IMG/VR virus record: IMGVR_UViG_3300011337_000086
Coordinates: 1-47,070 of that record
Direction: 5' to 3' (one strand)
DNA: 47,070 nt
Source of the DNA: a virus
Lineage: Duplodnaviria > Caudoviricetes
Below, piece after piece: positions 35,765-43,880 of the stretch. The notes below the pieces were generated by a model, which did not search any database, was not told the DNA's origin, and saw only the letters and a list, made by a program, of their open reading frames with translations. A program made the position numbers and the translations under genes. The first letter of the stretch is position 1; every line of letters begins with the position of its first letter.

Positions 35765-36015
35765 GCGTATCTGGTGTAAATAAACCCAAGAAAACCCCTT
35801 CTCACCCCACTAAATCCCATGTTGTGATGGCTAAAGAGGGCGAAAAGTACAAACTTGTACGTTTTGGGCAGCAGGGTGTAGTAGGTGCAGGCGATAATCC
35901 CAAGTCTGCTAAGGATAAAGCTAGAAAAAAGAGCTACTATGCTAGACATGATGCTCAAGGAAAACCTTCGACCAAGCTATCTGCAAAATTCTGGAGTCAC
36001 CGAGTTAAATGGTAA
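35722..36015 (+). CDS. Small basic hypothetical protein
   Basis: 'LVRFGQQG...ARKKSYYARH...SAKFWSHRVKW'. Confidence 0.8.
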   Translation: MAVPPRIKNKMAEIGVSGVNKPKKTPSHPTKSHVVMAKEGEKYKLVRFGQQGVVGAGDNPKSAKDKARKKSYYARHDAQGKPSTKLSAKFWSHRVKW

Positions 36016-36046
36016 CTTGACTAAAGTGGTAATGTATGGTATAACT
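36016..36046 (+). promoter_or_regulatory. Promoter directly upstream of HNH gene
   Basis: CTTGACT-N17-TATAACT, followed by AAGGAG RBS. Confidence 0.7.
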
Positions 36047-36064
36047 CTCACAAAGGAGTTAATC

Positions 36065-36562
36065 ATGCAAGTTACAAAAGGTTCAGACGGTAGATACTAC
36101 AAAGACTGCCCTTCCTGCGGACAACCACAAAGTTATCTACGTAAAAATTACGCAGAAGAATCCCTTAAGCTGGGTAAAGAGTGTAAAAAGTGTTCTAATA
36201 AGTTAAACCCGCAGTCTCATAAAGGTTGGCATAGAGGTATAAGAGTCTCTTGGTTTAATCAATTCAAGTCTGGGGCAGAGTTAAGGGGCCTAAACTGGGA
36301 TTTAACTCTTGATGACGTTGCTGACCTACTACAAAAACAAGACTATAAATGCGCCCTAACTGGTTGGAGTATAGAGTTTCCTGAGTCAGGCCATCCACAA
36401 GCCGCACCAGCCTCTCTTGATAGAATAGACAGCAAGAAAGCCTACACAAAAGAAAATACGCAGTTACTAACCAGACAAGTGAACATGATGAAGCAACAGT
36501 ACTCTCAAGAAGATTTCATCAAAGTTTGTCATGCAGTTTCTGCTAATCATAAGGTTAAATGA
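36065..36562 (+). CDS. Free-standing HNH-type homing endonuclease
   Basis: CxxC..CxxC; 'CALTG...SLDRIDSKKAYTKENTQLLTRQVNMMKQQYSQEDF', paralogous to 8054-8593. Confidence 0.85.
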   Translation: MQVTKGSDGRYYKDCPSCGQPQSYLRKNYAEESLKLGKECKKCSNKLNPQSHKGWHRGIRVSWFNQFKSGAELRGLNWDLTLDDVADLLQKQDYKCALTGWSIEFPESGHPQAAPASLDRIDSKKAYTKENTQLLTRQVNMMKQQYSQEDFIKVCHAVSANHKVK

Positions 36563-36564
36563 TA

Positions 36565-36957
36565 ATGCTTGGACTGATGATTCCCACTGAAGAGATTCCA
36601 ACAGCTAAAAAGAATCTTGAAATTACTAAGTGGCTTGCTGAATACTGGACTCTTGGGCCTGAAGTAGGCTCTGAGAAGCCCGGAGATAACGCACCCTTCT
36701 GGTCTAAGATCGCTAAGGTCTGGAACATTGATGAGAAGCAAGCTCGTCGTCAGCTTTGTGCTAACTGTGAGTACTTTGTAGATACTCCGAAGATGCTTAA
36801 AGCTCTGGAACAGATTCCTTTCAATGAGTTTGATGCTACTGGTGGTGGCCGTGGCTACTGCAAGAAGTTTGACTTTATCTGCCACAACCTACGTGTATGT
36901 CAAGCATGGGAAAACTGTGACCCAATGGCAGAGTATGAAGAAGAAGATCATGGCTAG
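36565..36957 (+). CDS. Cys-rich hypothetical protein
   Basis: CANC...GYCKKFDFIC...VCQAW. Confidence 0.75.
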   Translation: MLGLMIPTEEIPTAKKNLEITKWLAEYWTLGPEVGSEKPGDNAPFWSKIAKVWNIDEKQARRQLCANCEYFVDTPKMLKALEQIPFNEFDATGGGRGYCKKFDFICHNLRVCQAWENCDPMAEYEEEDHG

Positions 36958-37195
36958 GAACTACGATAACGAGTACAAGGCGTATCACGCTAAGCCAGAG
37001 CAAAGGGAACGCAATAACGCTCGTAAACGTGCCAGATATGCCCTACAAAAGGGTGGTGTCGTTTCAAAGGGTGATGGTAAGGATGTTGATCATAAAGATG
37101 GTAATCCTTTAAACAACAAGAAAAGTAATCTCCGAGTTACCACCAAAGCAGCTAATCGTTCTTTCCCCAGAACCAAGACAGCAAAGAAGAAATAA
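36950..37195 (+). CDS. Small HNH-motif protein
   Basis: 'GDGKDVDHKDGNPLNNKKSNLRV...ANR'. Confidence 0.75.
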   Translation: MARNYDNEYKAYHAKPEQRERNNARKRARYALQKGGVVSKGDGKDVDHKDGNPLNNKKSNLRVTTKAANRSFPRTKTAKKK

Positions 37196-37196
37196 G

Positions 37197-37376
37197 ATGC
37201 CCACTGCAAAGTCCCGTGTGAATGAGTCTGGCAACTACACCAAGCCTACAATGCGTAAGCAGTTGTTCAACTCAATCAAAGCAGGGGGTAAGGGTGGCGC
37301 TCCCGGACAGTGGTCTGCACGTAAAGCACAGATGCTGGCTAAGCAGTACAAAGACAATGGTGGTGGATACAAATGA
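37197..37376 (+). CDS. Small basic protein (DUF5872-like, N-part)
   Basis: Manually translated 'NYTKPTMRK...GQWSARKAQMLAKQYK..GGGYK'. Confidence 0.75.
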   Translation: MPTAKSRVNESGNYTKPTMRKQLFNSIKAGGKGGAPGQWSARKAQMLAKQYKDNGGGYK

Positions 37377-37627
37377 AAAAGCCACAGGCTAGCCTAAAGG
37401 CTTGGACCAAAGAAGACTGGGGTACAAAGAGTGGCAAGAACTCTACGCAGGGTCCAAAAGCAACTGGTGAACGCTACCTTCCAAAGAAAGCCAGAGAAGC
37501 CCTAACCCCCGCTGAGTATGCAGCTACCACCAAAGCTAAACGCAAAGGTAAAGCAGCAGGCAAGCAGTTTGTGAAACAACCTAAGGCTATCGCAGCTAAG
37601 ACAGCTAAGTTTAGAAAGAAATCCTAA
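37373..37627 (+). CDS. Small basic protein (DUF5872-like, C-part)
   Basis: 'QASLKAWTKEDW.TKSGK...GERYLPKKA'. Confidence 0.75.
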   Translation: MKKPQASLKAWTKEDWGTKSGKNSTQGPKATGERYLPKKAREALTPAEYAATTKAKRKGKAAGKQFVKQPKAIAAKTAKFRKKS

Positions 37628-37809
37628 TGGCTAAGAAACCTACCAAAGCACAAGCCAAGATCGCCAAGGTTCTGGGTGAGTTTAAGGATAAAAAGTTACA
37701 TTCTGGTGTTGACCCTAAGGGGCCAAAGAAAGCACGAGTTGTAAAGAGTCGGAAACAAGCAATCGCCATAGCTTTAAGCGAAGCTGGCAAAATCAAAGGG
37801 AAGAAATAA
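37627..37809 (+). CDS. Small basic protein (DUF6496-like)
   Basis: 'KIAKVLGEFK..KLHSG...VKSRKQAIAIALSEA'. Confidence 0.75.
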   Translation: MAKKPTKAQAKIAKVLGEFKDKKLHSGVDPKGPKKARVVKSRKQAIAIALSEAGKIKGKK

Positions 37810-37811
37810 TT

Positions 37812-37970
37812 ATGGCTATGAAACCTGCACCAATGCCTAAGAAGACTGGCACACCAAAGAAGCCTATCATGCTACCTAAGACTGGAATGTCCAAGGGTGG
37901 TATGGCTAAAGCCAAGGGTATGGCATACGGTGGTATGACTGAGAAGCCTACTAAGAAGGGTAAGAAGTAA
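37812..37970 (+). CDS. Small K/M/G-rich protein (52 aa)
   Basis: Manually translated; contains GMSKGGM and GMAYGGM. Confidence 0.7.
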   Translation: MAMKPAPMPKKTGTPKKPIMLPKTGMSKGGMAKAKGMAYGGMTEKPTKKGKK

Positions 37971-37972
37971 TT

Positions 37973-38467
37973 ATGGCTACCTTTAAGGAAGCATTCGCCG
38001 CTGCTCGTAAAGAAAAAGGCGCTGGTAAGACCTTTACTTGGAACGGTAAGTCCTACACTACGGACATGGCCAAAGATAAGAAATCAGCTACAGGTGCAAA
38101 ACCTAAGGCTAAACCTGCTGGTCTGAACCCCCAGTCTGGTGCTGCTCAGTCGGGTACTGCAGGTAAAGCTTCTCCTGCTGCTAAACGTCCTGCTAAAGCT
38201 GCAGAGATTTCTGGTCAAAAGGCTGCTCCAAGCATGAGTGGTGCATCGCGTAGCACTGCTGGTAAGGTAGCACCTAAGATGAGCCAAACAGAAAAAGCTA
38301 TGGCAGATGCTAAGGCTGCTAAAGCTGCCAAGGATGCTAAAGCTAAAAGCAAAAAGCCTGCAGCCCCTGCCGCTGCTGCTGCAAAACCTAAGGCTCTTAC
38401 CCCCTTCCAGAAGTTGGGGAATATTGTAGCTGGTGGTGGCTTCTCTAACTACCTGAAGAAGAAGTAA
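37973..38467 (+). CDS. A/K-rich low-complexity basic protein
   Basis: 'TFKEAFAAARK...TFTWNGKSYTT' head plus histone-H1-like AKP tail. Confidence 0.8.
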   Translation: MATFKEAFAAARKEKGAGKTFTWNGKSYTTDMAKDKKSATGAKPKAKPAGLNPQSGAAQSGTAGKASPAAKRPAKAAEISGQKAAPSMSGASRSTAGKVAPKMSQTEKAMADAKAAKAAKDAKAKSKKPAAPAAAAAKPKALTPFQKLGNIVAGGGFSNYLKKK

Positions 38468-38470
38468 CTA

Positions 38471-38830
38471 ATGGCACTTGTATCTCAGGGTAAACCATCC
38501 AGAGTGAAGAGCCAGCAAGTAAGCTGCACAGTAAGCGCGACTGAGTATGTTCTTTATACTTGTCCTGCAAACTGTGTGGCTGAAATGTCTATGCTTCTGC
38601 TAACAGGTGTTACTGGTACTCCTAATGTTATAGTCTTTTGGAATACAGATGGGGATAAAGTCCATATTCTGGGTGGTAAAAATATTGCAGTAGGTGAGTA
38701 TATTCTCTTCACTGGTGCAACTTTAGCACTCCAACCCGGAGACACCATCTCTGTTAAAGGTACAAGTAGTAGTGCTATTCACCTAGATGCTATCTGCACT
38801 GTGACTGAAACTTTCATTCCGATTGGATAA
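38471..38830 (+). CDS. Hypothetical protein (predicted beta-rich)
   Basis: 119 aa ORF in operon. Confidence 0.75.
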   Translation: MALVSQGKPSRVKSQQVSCTVSATEYVLYTCPANCVAEMSMLLLTGVTGTPNVIVFWNTDGDKVHILGGKNIAVGEYILFTGATLALQPGDTISVKGTSSSAIHLDAICTVTETFIPIG

Positions 38831-38834
38831 GAAC

Positions 38835-39197
38835 ATGGCTAGAGAGCTTACAGATAACCAACAGAGATTTCTTTCTGTCCTCTTTGAAGAGGCACGGGGT
38901 GATTTTGTACAGGCTAAGAAGCTGGCTGGCTACAGCGATAACTATTCCACCAAGGATATTGTGACCAGCCTTGAGGATGAGATCGCTGAGCTTACCAAGA
39001 AGTTCATTGCCCATGTGGGGGTCAAGGCTGCATTCAGTATGTTTGAAGTTATGAATGATCCAACTGCTCTTGGCAACAAGGAGAAGATGACTGCGGCTAA
39101 GGATATCCTAGATCGTGGTGGCTTCAAGGCTAAGGATGAGCTTAAGGTTGAGACGGATACCCCACTGTTTATTCTTCCTGCTAAAAGCAGTGATTGA
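38835..39197 (+). CDS. Terminase small subunit-like protein
   Basis: 'LTDNQQRFL...AKKLAGYS' HTH-like N-terminus, 'AAKDILDRGG'; upstream of TerL. Confidence 0.65.
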   Translation: MARELTDNQQRFLSVLFEEARGDFVQAKKLAGYSDNYSTKDIVTSLEDEIAELTKKFIAHVGVKAAFSMFEVMNDPTALGNKEKMTAAKDILDRGGFKAKDELKVETDTPLFILPAKSSD

Positions 39198-39222
39198 CAA
39201 GCATAGTTATTTGTAGTATAAG
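39194..39222 (+). promoter_or_regulatory. sigma70-type promoter
   Basis: TTGACA-N17-TATAAG. Confidence 0.7.
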
Positions 39223-39228
39223 TTTCAC

Positions 39229-39669
39229 ATGGCAAAAATCAAAAAAGAATGGAAGCTACCTAAACCTACAGATCATGGTGACCACTTCGAGTGGAAGCCA
39301 GTCGTTCGCATAGGTAGACAAGTACCTTTTGGGTATGTAGAAGACACAGAAGATAAAGATGTTCTGCTTCCTGTTGTTAAGGAATTGGAGCTTCTAGAAC
39401 AAGCAAAGAAACACCTTAAGCGTTACTCATATCGTGCAGTAGCAGCTTGGCTTAGTGAGCAGAGTGGAAGAGTAATCTCTCACGTGGGTCTGTATAAGAG
39501 GATTAAACTTGAGTACAAGCGTAAGACAGAAGCTGCAACACACAGATACTTTGCCGAAAGGTACAAAGAAGCCATCTCGAAAGCCGAAAAGCTTGAAGCC
39601 AGAGTTGGTGGAGCAGCAACCAGAGGTGAAGCTGACAGTCCCAGCCCAGCCGAAGCCACCACAGATTGA
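39229..39669 (+). CDS. Putative DNA-binding protein
   Basis: 'GRQVPFGY...SYRAVAAWL' resembles the recombinase-type DNA-binding domain; no catalytic domain. Confidence 0.6.
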   Translation: MAKIKKEWKLPKPTDHGDHFEWKPVVRIGRQVPFGYVEDTEDKDVLLPVVKELELLEQAKKHLKRYSYRAVAAWLSEQSGRVISHVGLYKRIKLEYKRKTEAATHRYFAERYKEAISKAEKLEARVGGAATRGEADSPSPAEATTD

Positions 39670-41074
39670 CACAAAGAAAGCCAGAGAGGTTATCTTTAAG
39701 CCCAACGATGGCCCTCAAACAGACTTTCTTTCTGCTAATGAACAAGAAGTTCTCTATGGTGGTGCGGCAGGTGGTGGTAAGTCATACGCTATGTTGGCAG
39801 ACCCAGTACGCTTTCTGAACAACGAACACGCTAAGATGCTCTTGGTGCGTAAGTCTACAGAGGAACTACGTGAACTTGTGTCTGTGTCTAAGGTGTTGTA
39901 TCCTAAGGCTATTCCCGGGATCAAGTTTCTTGAAAGAGATAAGACTTGGGTAGCCCCTTCTGGTGCAACACTCTGGATGAGTTATCTTGATGCTGATGAT
40001 GACGTTACTCGCTATCAGGGTCAAGCATATAACTGGATTGGTTTCGACGAACTTACTCAGTGGTCTAGTCCCTTTGCTTGGAACTATATGCGTTCTCGTC
40101 TACGTACTACCAAAGCCAGTGGCTTAAAGCTATACCAAAGAGCTACAACTAACCCCGGTGGTGCTGGACATGGTTGGGTAAAGAAAGCTTTCATTGACCC
40201 TTCAAAACCCGGAAAAGCCTTTTGGGCCATAGACCCAGAAACAGGTGAGATACTTAAGTGGCCAGACAACCATGCTCGTGCTGGTGAGCCATTGTTTCAA
40301 CGCAGGTTTATTCCTGCTACTCTGTACGATAACCCATACCTTGCTGAAGATGGGATGTATGAAGCTAACCTGATGTCTCTTCCTGAACATCAACGTAAGC
40401 AACTCCTTGAAGGTAATTGGGATGTAGCAGAGGGTGCAGCGTTCTCGGAGTTTAATCGTAAGCTACACACAATTGAACCCTTTGACATCCCAAGTAGCTG
40501 GCCAAGATTTCGTGCAGCAGACTACGGGTACAGTTCTTACAGTGGTATCCTTTGGTTTGCTATTGCCCCTAGTGGTCAGTTGATTGTGTACAGGGAACTT
40601 TATGTGTCTAAAGTATTGGCAGAGGATTTGGCTGACCAAGTATTAGAGGCAGAGTATGGTGAGAAGATTCGGTATGGTGTACTTGACTCTTCACTCTGGC
40701 ATAAGCGTGGTGATACTGGCCCAAGCATTGCAGAGCGTATGATCCTTAAGGGTTGCCGCTGGCGTCCAGCAGATAGAAGCCGGGGGTCACGTATTGCAGG
40801 TAAGAACGAGATACACAGAAGATTACAAGTGGATGAGTATACAGGTGAACCCCGTATGGTTATCTTCCAGAACTGCCGAAACCTGATCTCTCAGCTACCC
40901 TCTATCCCTCTCAGCAAGACAAACCCTGAGGATGTTGATACACACTCTGAAGACCACCTCTACGATGCTCTACGATATGGTGTGATGACTCGCCCAAGCA
41001 CTGGGATGTTCGATACAGGTACAAACTACAACAATTACGATGCACAGATTGCAGACTCTAAATTTGGATACTAA
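39509..41074 (+). CDS. terL: Terminase large subunit (true start probably downstream of 39509)
   Basis: Walker A 'YGGAAGGGKS', Walker B 'IGFDE', 'ATTNPGG', nuclease 'DYG' and 'DHLYDALRY'. Confidence 0.93.
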   Translation: MSTSVRQKLQHTDTLPKGTKKPSRKPKSLKPELVEQQPEVKLTVPAQPKPPQIDTKKAREVIFKPNDGPQTDFLSANEQEVLYGGAAGGGKSYAMLADPVRFLNNEHAKMLLVRKSTEELRELVSVSKVLYPKAIPGIKFLERDKTWVAPSGATLWMSYLDADDDVTRYQGQAYNWIGFDELTQWSSPFAWNYMRSRLRTTKASGLKLYQRATTNPGGAGHGWVKKAFIDPSKPGKAFWAIDPETGEILKWPDNHARAGEPLFQRRFIPATLYDNPYLAEDGMYEANLMSLPEHQRKQLLEGNWDVAEGAAFSEFNRKLHTIEPFDIPSSWPRFRAADYGYSSYSGILWFAIAPSGQLIVYRELYVSKVLAEDLADQVLEAEYGEKIRYGVLDSSLWHKRGDTGPSIAERMILKGCRWRPADRSRGSRIAGKNEIHRRLQVDEYTGEPRMVIFQNCRNLISQLPSIPLSKTNPEDVDTHSEDHLYDALRYGVMTRPSTGMFDTGTNYNNYDAQIADSKFGY

Positions 41075-41093
41075 ACCTAGACGGGAAATAAAG

Positions 41094-43178
41094 ATGGAAG
41101 AAGACAACCTCTCGACTGATGGCATTAAGATGCTAGCTGTGAAAGACACCTCTGGAGAAACTCCTCTAGATAAACCTGCTGGTGGTATCGTAGCCTACGT
41201 TGAGGAGCGTTTCAGTAAGGCAGAAACTTCCCGTAAGACGGAAGAGAATCGTTGGCTTACTGCTTACAAGAACTACCGTGGTATCTATGGTGAGGATGTA
41301 AAGTTTACCAACACGGAAAAGTCTCGTGTATTCGTTAAGGTAACTAAGACTAAGGTGCTTGCTGCATATGGTCAAATGTCTGAAGTTCTTTTTGGTAATG
41401 GTCGGTTCCCCATTGTCATTGACCCTACGACATTGCCTGAGGGTGTGGTAGAGTCTTTCCATATCGAAACCAATGACGAGGTTAAGAAGGCTGAGAAGGC
41501 TGCTGGCATTGAGCCACTACTTCCCGGAGAAACTATGCAGACCTACATGGAACGTCTTGGTTCTATGAAGAATGAACTTGGCCCTGTTCAGGATGTGCGT
41601 CATGGCCCCGGTATGACCCCCACACAGATCACCTTTGAGCCTGCTATGATTGCAGCCAAGAAGATGGAAAAGAAAATCCATGACCAGTTGGAAGAGTCCT
41701 CAGCTAATAAGCATCTCCGTGCTACTGCCCTAGAGTGCGCACTGTTTGGCACTGGCATTATGAAGGGGCCATTCGCTGTAGACAAGGAATATCCTAAGTG
41801 GGATGAAGAGGGTAACTATTCCCCTGTTATCAAGACTGTACCAATGGTGTCTAATGTATCCGTATGGAACTTCTATCCAGACCCAGATGCACACAACATG
41901 GAAGAGGTCGAGTACGCTATTGAACGTCACAAGATGTCTCATAGTGAATTGCGTAAGCTTGGCAAACGTCCTTACTTTCGTAAGAATGAGATTGAGACTG
42001 CACTAAAGTTTGGCCCTAGCTATACTAAAGAGTGGTGGGAGCAGGCAATGGAAGACGATACGCAGCAAGTTGCTGTTAATCGTTTTGAAGTCCTAGAGTT
42101 CTGGGGTAATGTTGAGAGATCGGTGCTTGAGGATCACAAAGTTGATATCCCTAAGGAACTAAAAGACAAAGACAACATTGCTGTAAACATCTGGCTGTGC
42201 AATGGCCGTGTCCTACGCCTAGTCCTTAACCCATTCACCCCTAGCATCATTCCATTCTATGTAGTTCCATATGAAGTAAACCCATACTCCATGTGGGGTG
42301 TAGGCGTTGCTGAAAACATGGATGATACTCAGACCCTGATGAACGGCTTCATGCGTATGGCTGTGGATAACGCAGCACTAAGTGGTAACCTACTGATTGA
42401 AGTGGATGAAACCAACCTAGTTCCCGGACAAGACCTCTCAGTGTATCCCGGAAAAGTATTCCGTAGACAGGGTGGCGCTCCCGGACAGGCCATCTTCGGT
42501 ACAAAATTCCCCAATGTATCCAACGAGAATATGCAGATGTTTGACAAGGCTCGTGTCTTGGCGGATGAGTCTACTGGTTTCCCCTCGTTTGCTCATGGTC
42601 AGACAGGTATCTCTGGTGTAGGTCGTACTGCTTCTGGTATCTCTATGCTTATGTCAGCAGCCAATGGTTCTATCCGTACTGTTGTGAAGAACATTGATGA
42701 TTACCTACTGGCCCCACTGGGTAAGGCACTCTTCAGCTTCAATATGCAATTTGACTTTGACCCAGAGATTAAGGGTGACCTAGAAGTTAAAGCTGCTGGT
42801 ACTGAGTCCTTGATGGCCAATGAAGTACGTTCACAGCGCCTGATGCAGTTCCTTGGTGTGGTACAGAACCCAATTCTAGCACCCTTTGCTCGACTGGACT
42901 ACATTGTTCGTGAGATTGCTAAGTCGATGGAGCTTGACCCAGACAAGGTTGCTAACTCCATGCAACGTGCAGCTATTCAAGCTGAAATCCTTAAGACTTT
43001 CCAAGCATCACAACCACAACAGCCACAGGCTCCTCAAGGGCCACAGGGGCAACAGGCTCCAGCAGGGGTGCAGGCTCAGGATACCACTGGGTCTGGTGGT
43101 GGTAACATGGGTACTGGCTCTGTGCCTGTTCCCGGAGAGCAGGGCTTTAGTGCTAACACAGGTGGAGGTATGCAATGA
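41094..43178 (+). CDS. Portal protein
   Basis: ~694 aa directly after TerL, Q/P/G-rich tail as in P22-like portals. Confidence 0.85.
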   Translation: MEEDNLSTDGIKMLAVKDTSGETPLDKPAGGIVAYVEERFSKAETSRKTEENRWLTAYKNYRGIYGEDVKFTNTEKSRVFVKVTKTKVLAAYGQMSEVLFGNGRFPIVIDPTTLPEGVVESFHIETNDEVKKAEKAAGIEPLLPGETMQTYMERLGSMKNELGPVQDVRHGPGMTPTQITFEPAMIAAKKMEKKIHDQLEESSANKHLRATALECALFGTGIMKGPFAVDKEYPKWDEEGNYSPVIKTVPMVSNVSVWNFYPDPDAHNMEEVEYAIERHKMSHSELRKLGKRPYFRKNEIETALKFGPSYTKEWWEQAMEDDTQQVAVNRFEVLEFWGNVERSVLEDHKVDIPKELKDKDNIAVNIWLCNGRVLRLVLNPFTPSIIPFYVVPYEVNPYSMWGVGVAENMDDTQTLMNGFMRMAVDNAALSGNLLIEVDETNLVPGQDLSVYPGKVFRRQGGAPGQAIFGTKFPNVSNENMQMFDKARVLADESTGFPSFAHGQTGISGVGRTASGISMLMSAANGSIRTVVKNIDDYLLAPLGKALFSFNMQFDFDPEIKGDLEVKAAGTESLMANEVRSQRLMQFLGVVQNPILAPFARLDYIVREIAKSMELDPDKVANSMQRAAIQAEILKTFQASQPQQPQAPQGPQGQQAPAGVQAQDTTGSGGGNMGTGSVPVPGEQGFSANTGGGMQ

Positions 43179-43375
43179 GCCTAAAGCTCCTTGTTAATGA
43201 CCCTAAGCTTTGGCCAGAGTTCCTAGCAGAACTTGACACTATGATCCAACTGTGTTATAAAACACTGGAGCAGGTAAAAGACCCCATTGAGATATATCGT
43301 GCGCAGGGTGAACTACTTGCCTTACGCAAACTACAAAGACTTCGTGACAAGGTGAATGTAGATGGATCAAAATAA
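43175..43375 (+). CDS. Small post-portal hypothetical protein
   Basis: 'IYRAQG...LRKL..LRD'; ATGA overlap with portal. Confidence 0.75.
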   Translation: MSLKLLVNDPKLWPEFLAELDTMIQLCYKTLEQVKDPIEIYRAQGELLALRKLQRLRDKVNVDGSK

Positions 43376-43880
43376 GGTCTGTTCCACTTGTCAAGAAACA
43401 AAGACCCTTAATGAATATACCCCTAGGAAGAACAGGCCATTAGGAGTACATTATTCTTGTAAGGTTTGTTTAGCAAAGAGGGCTAAGGTGCAGCGCAGCA
43501 AAAAACCTCAAACTAACTTACAGAAAGAGGCAGCTAAGCAAAGATCAGCAGAGTGGCGTAAACAGTTCCCTCTAGAAAATAAACAGATAAAGAGTAGCTG
43601 GAGAAAAAATAACCTCCATATAAAAGCTGCAGCTAATGCTCGAAGACGTGCTTCTCAACTAAGAGGTTCCCCCAAGTGGTTAAGTGCTAAACAGAAAGAA
43701 CAGATTCAAAATATCTATTGGTTAGCAAAAGACCTTAAGGCAGTAACAGGAGAGGATTATCATGTAGATCACATAATCCCTCTTCAAGGAAAGAATGTAT
43801 CTGGGCTTCATGTTCCGTGGAACCTCCAAGTTCTTCCCGCAGACATAAATCTAAGCAAAAGGAATACTTTTAATGGATAA
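43362..43880 (+). CDS. Free-standing HNH homing endonuclease
   Basis: CxxC..CxxC; 'HVDHIIPLQGKNVSGLHVPWNLQVL...NLSK'. Confidence 0.9.
   Translation: MDQNKVCSTCQETKTLNEYTPRKNRPLGVHYSCKVCLAKRAKVQRSKKPQTNLQKEAAKQRSAEWRKQFPLENKQIKSSWRKNNLHIKAAANARRRASQLRGSPKWLSAKQKEQIQNIYWLAKDLKAVTGEDYHVDHIIPLQGKNVSGLHVPWNLQVLPADINLSKRNTFNG

Noticed and set aside
35885-36064. N-terminal extension of the HNH ORF in the ORF track
   Set aside because: Promoter and RBS place the start at 36065
39229-39669. Serine recombinase
   Set aside because: Only a PFGY/helical DNA-binding-like part is present; no catalytic resolvase domain
37291-42488. Exact 20-bp repeat AGGGTGGCGCTCCCGGACAG at 37291 and 42469
   Set aside because: Both copies encode GGAPGQ in frame, and CCWGG avoidance constrains the codons; probably convergence
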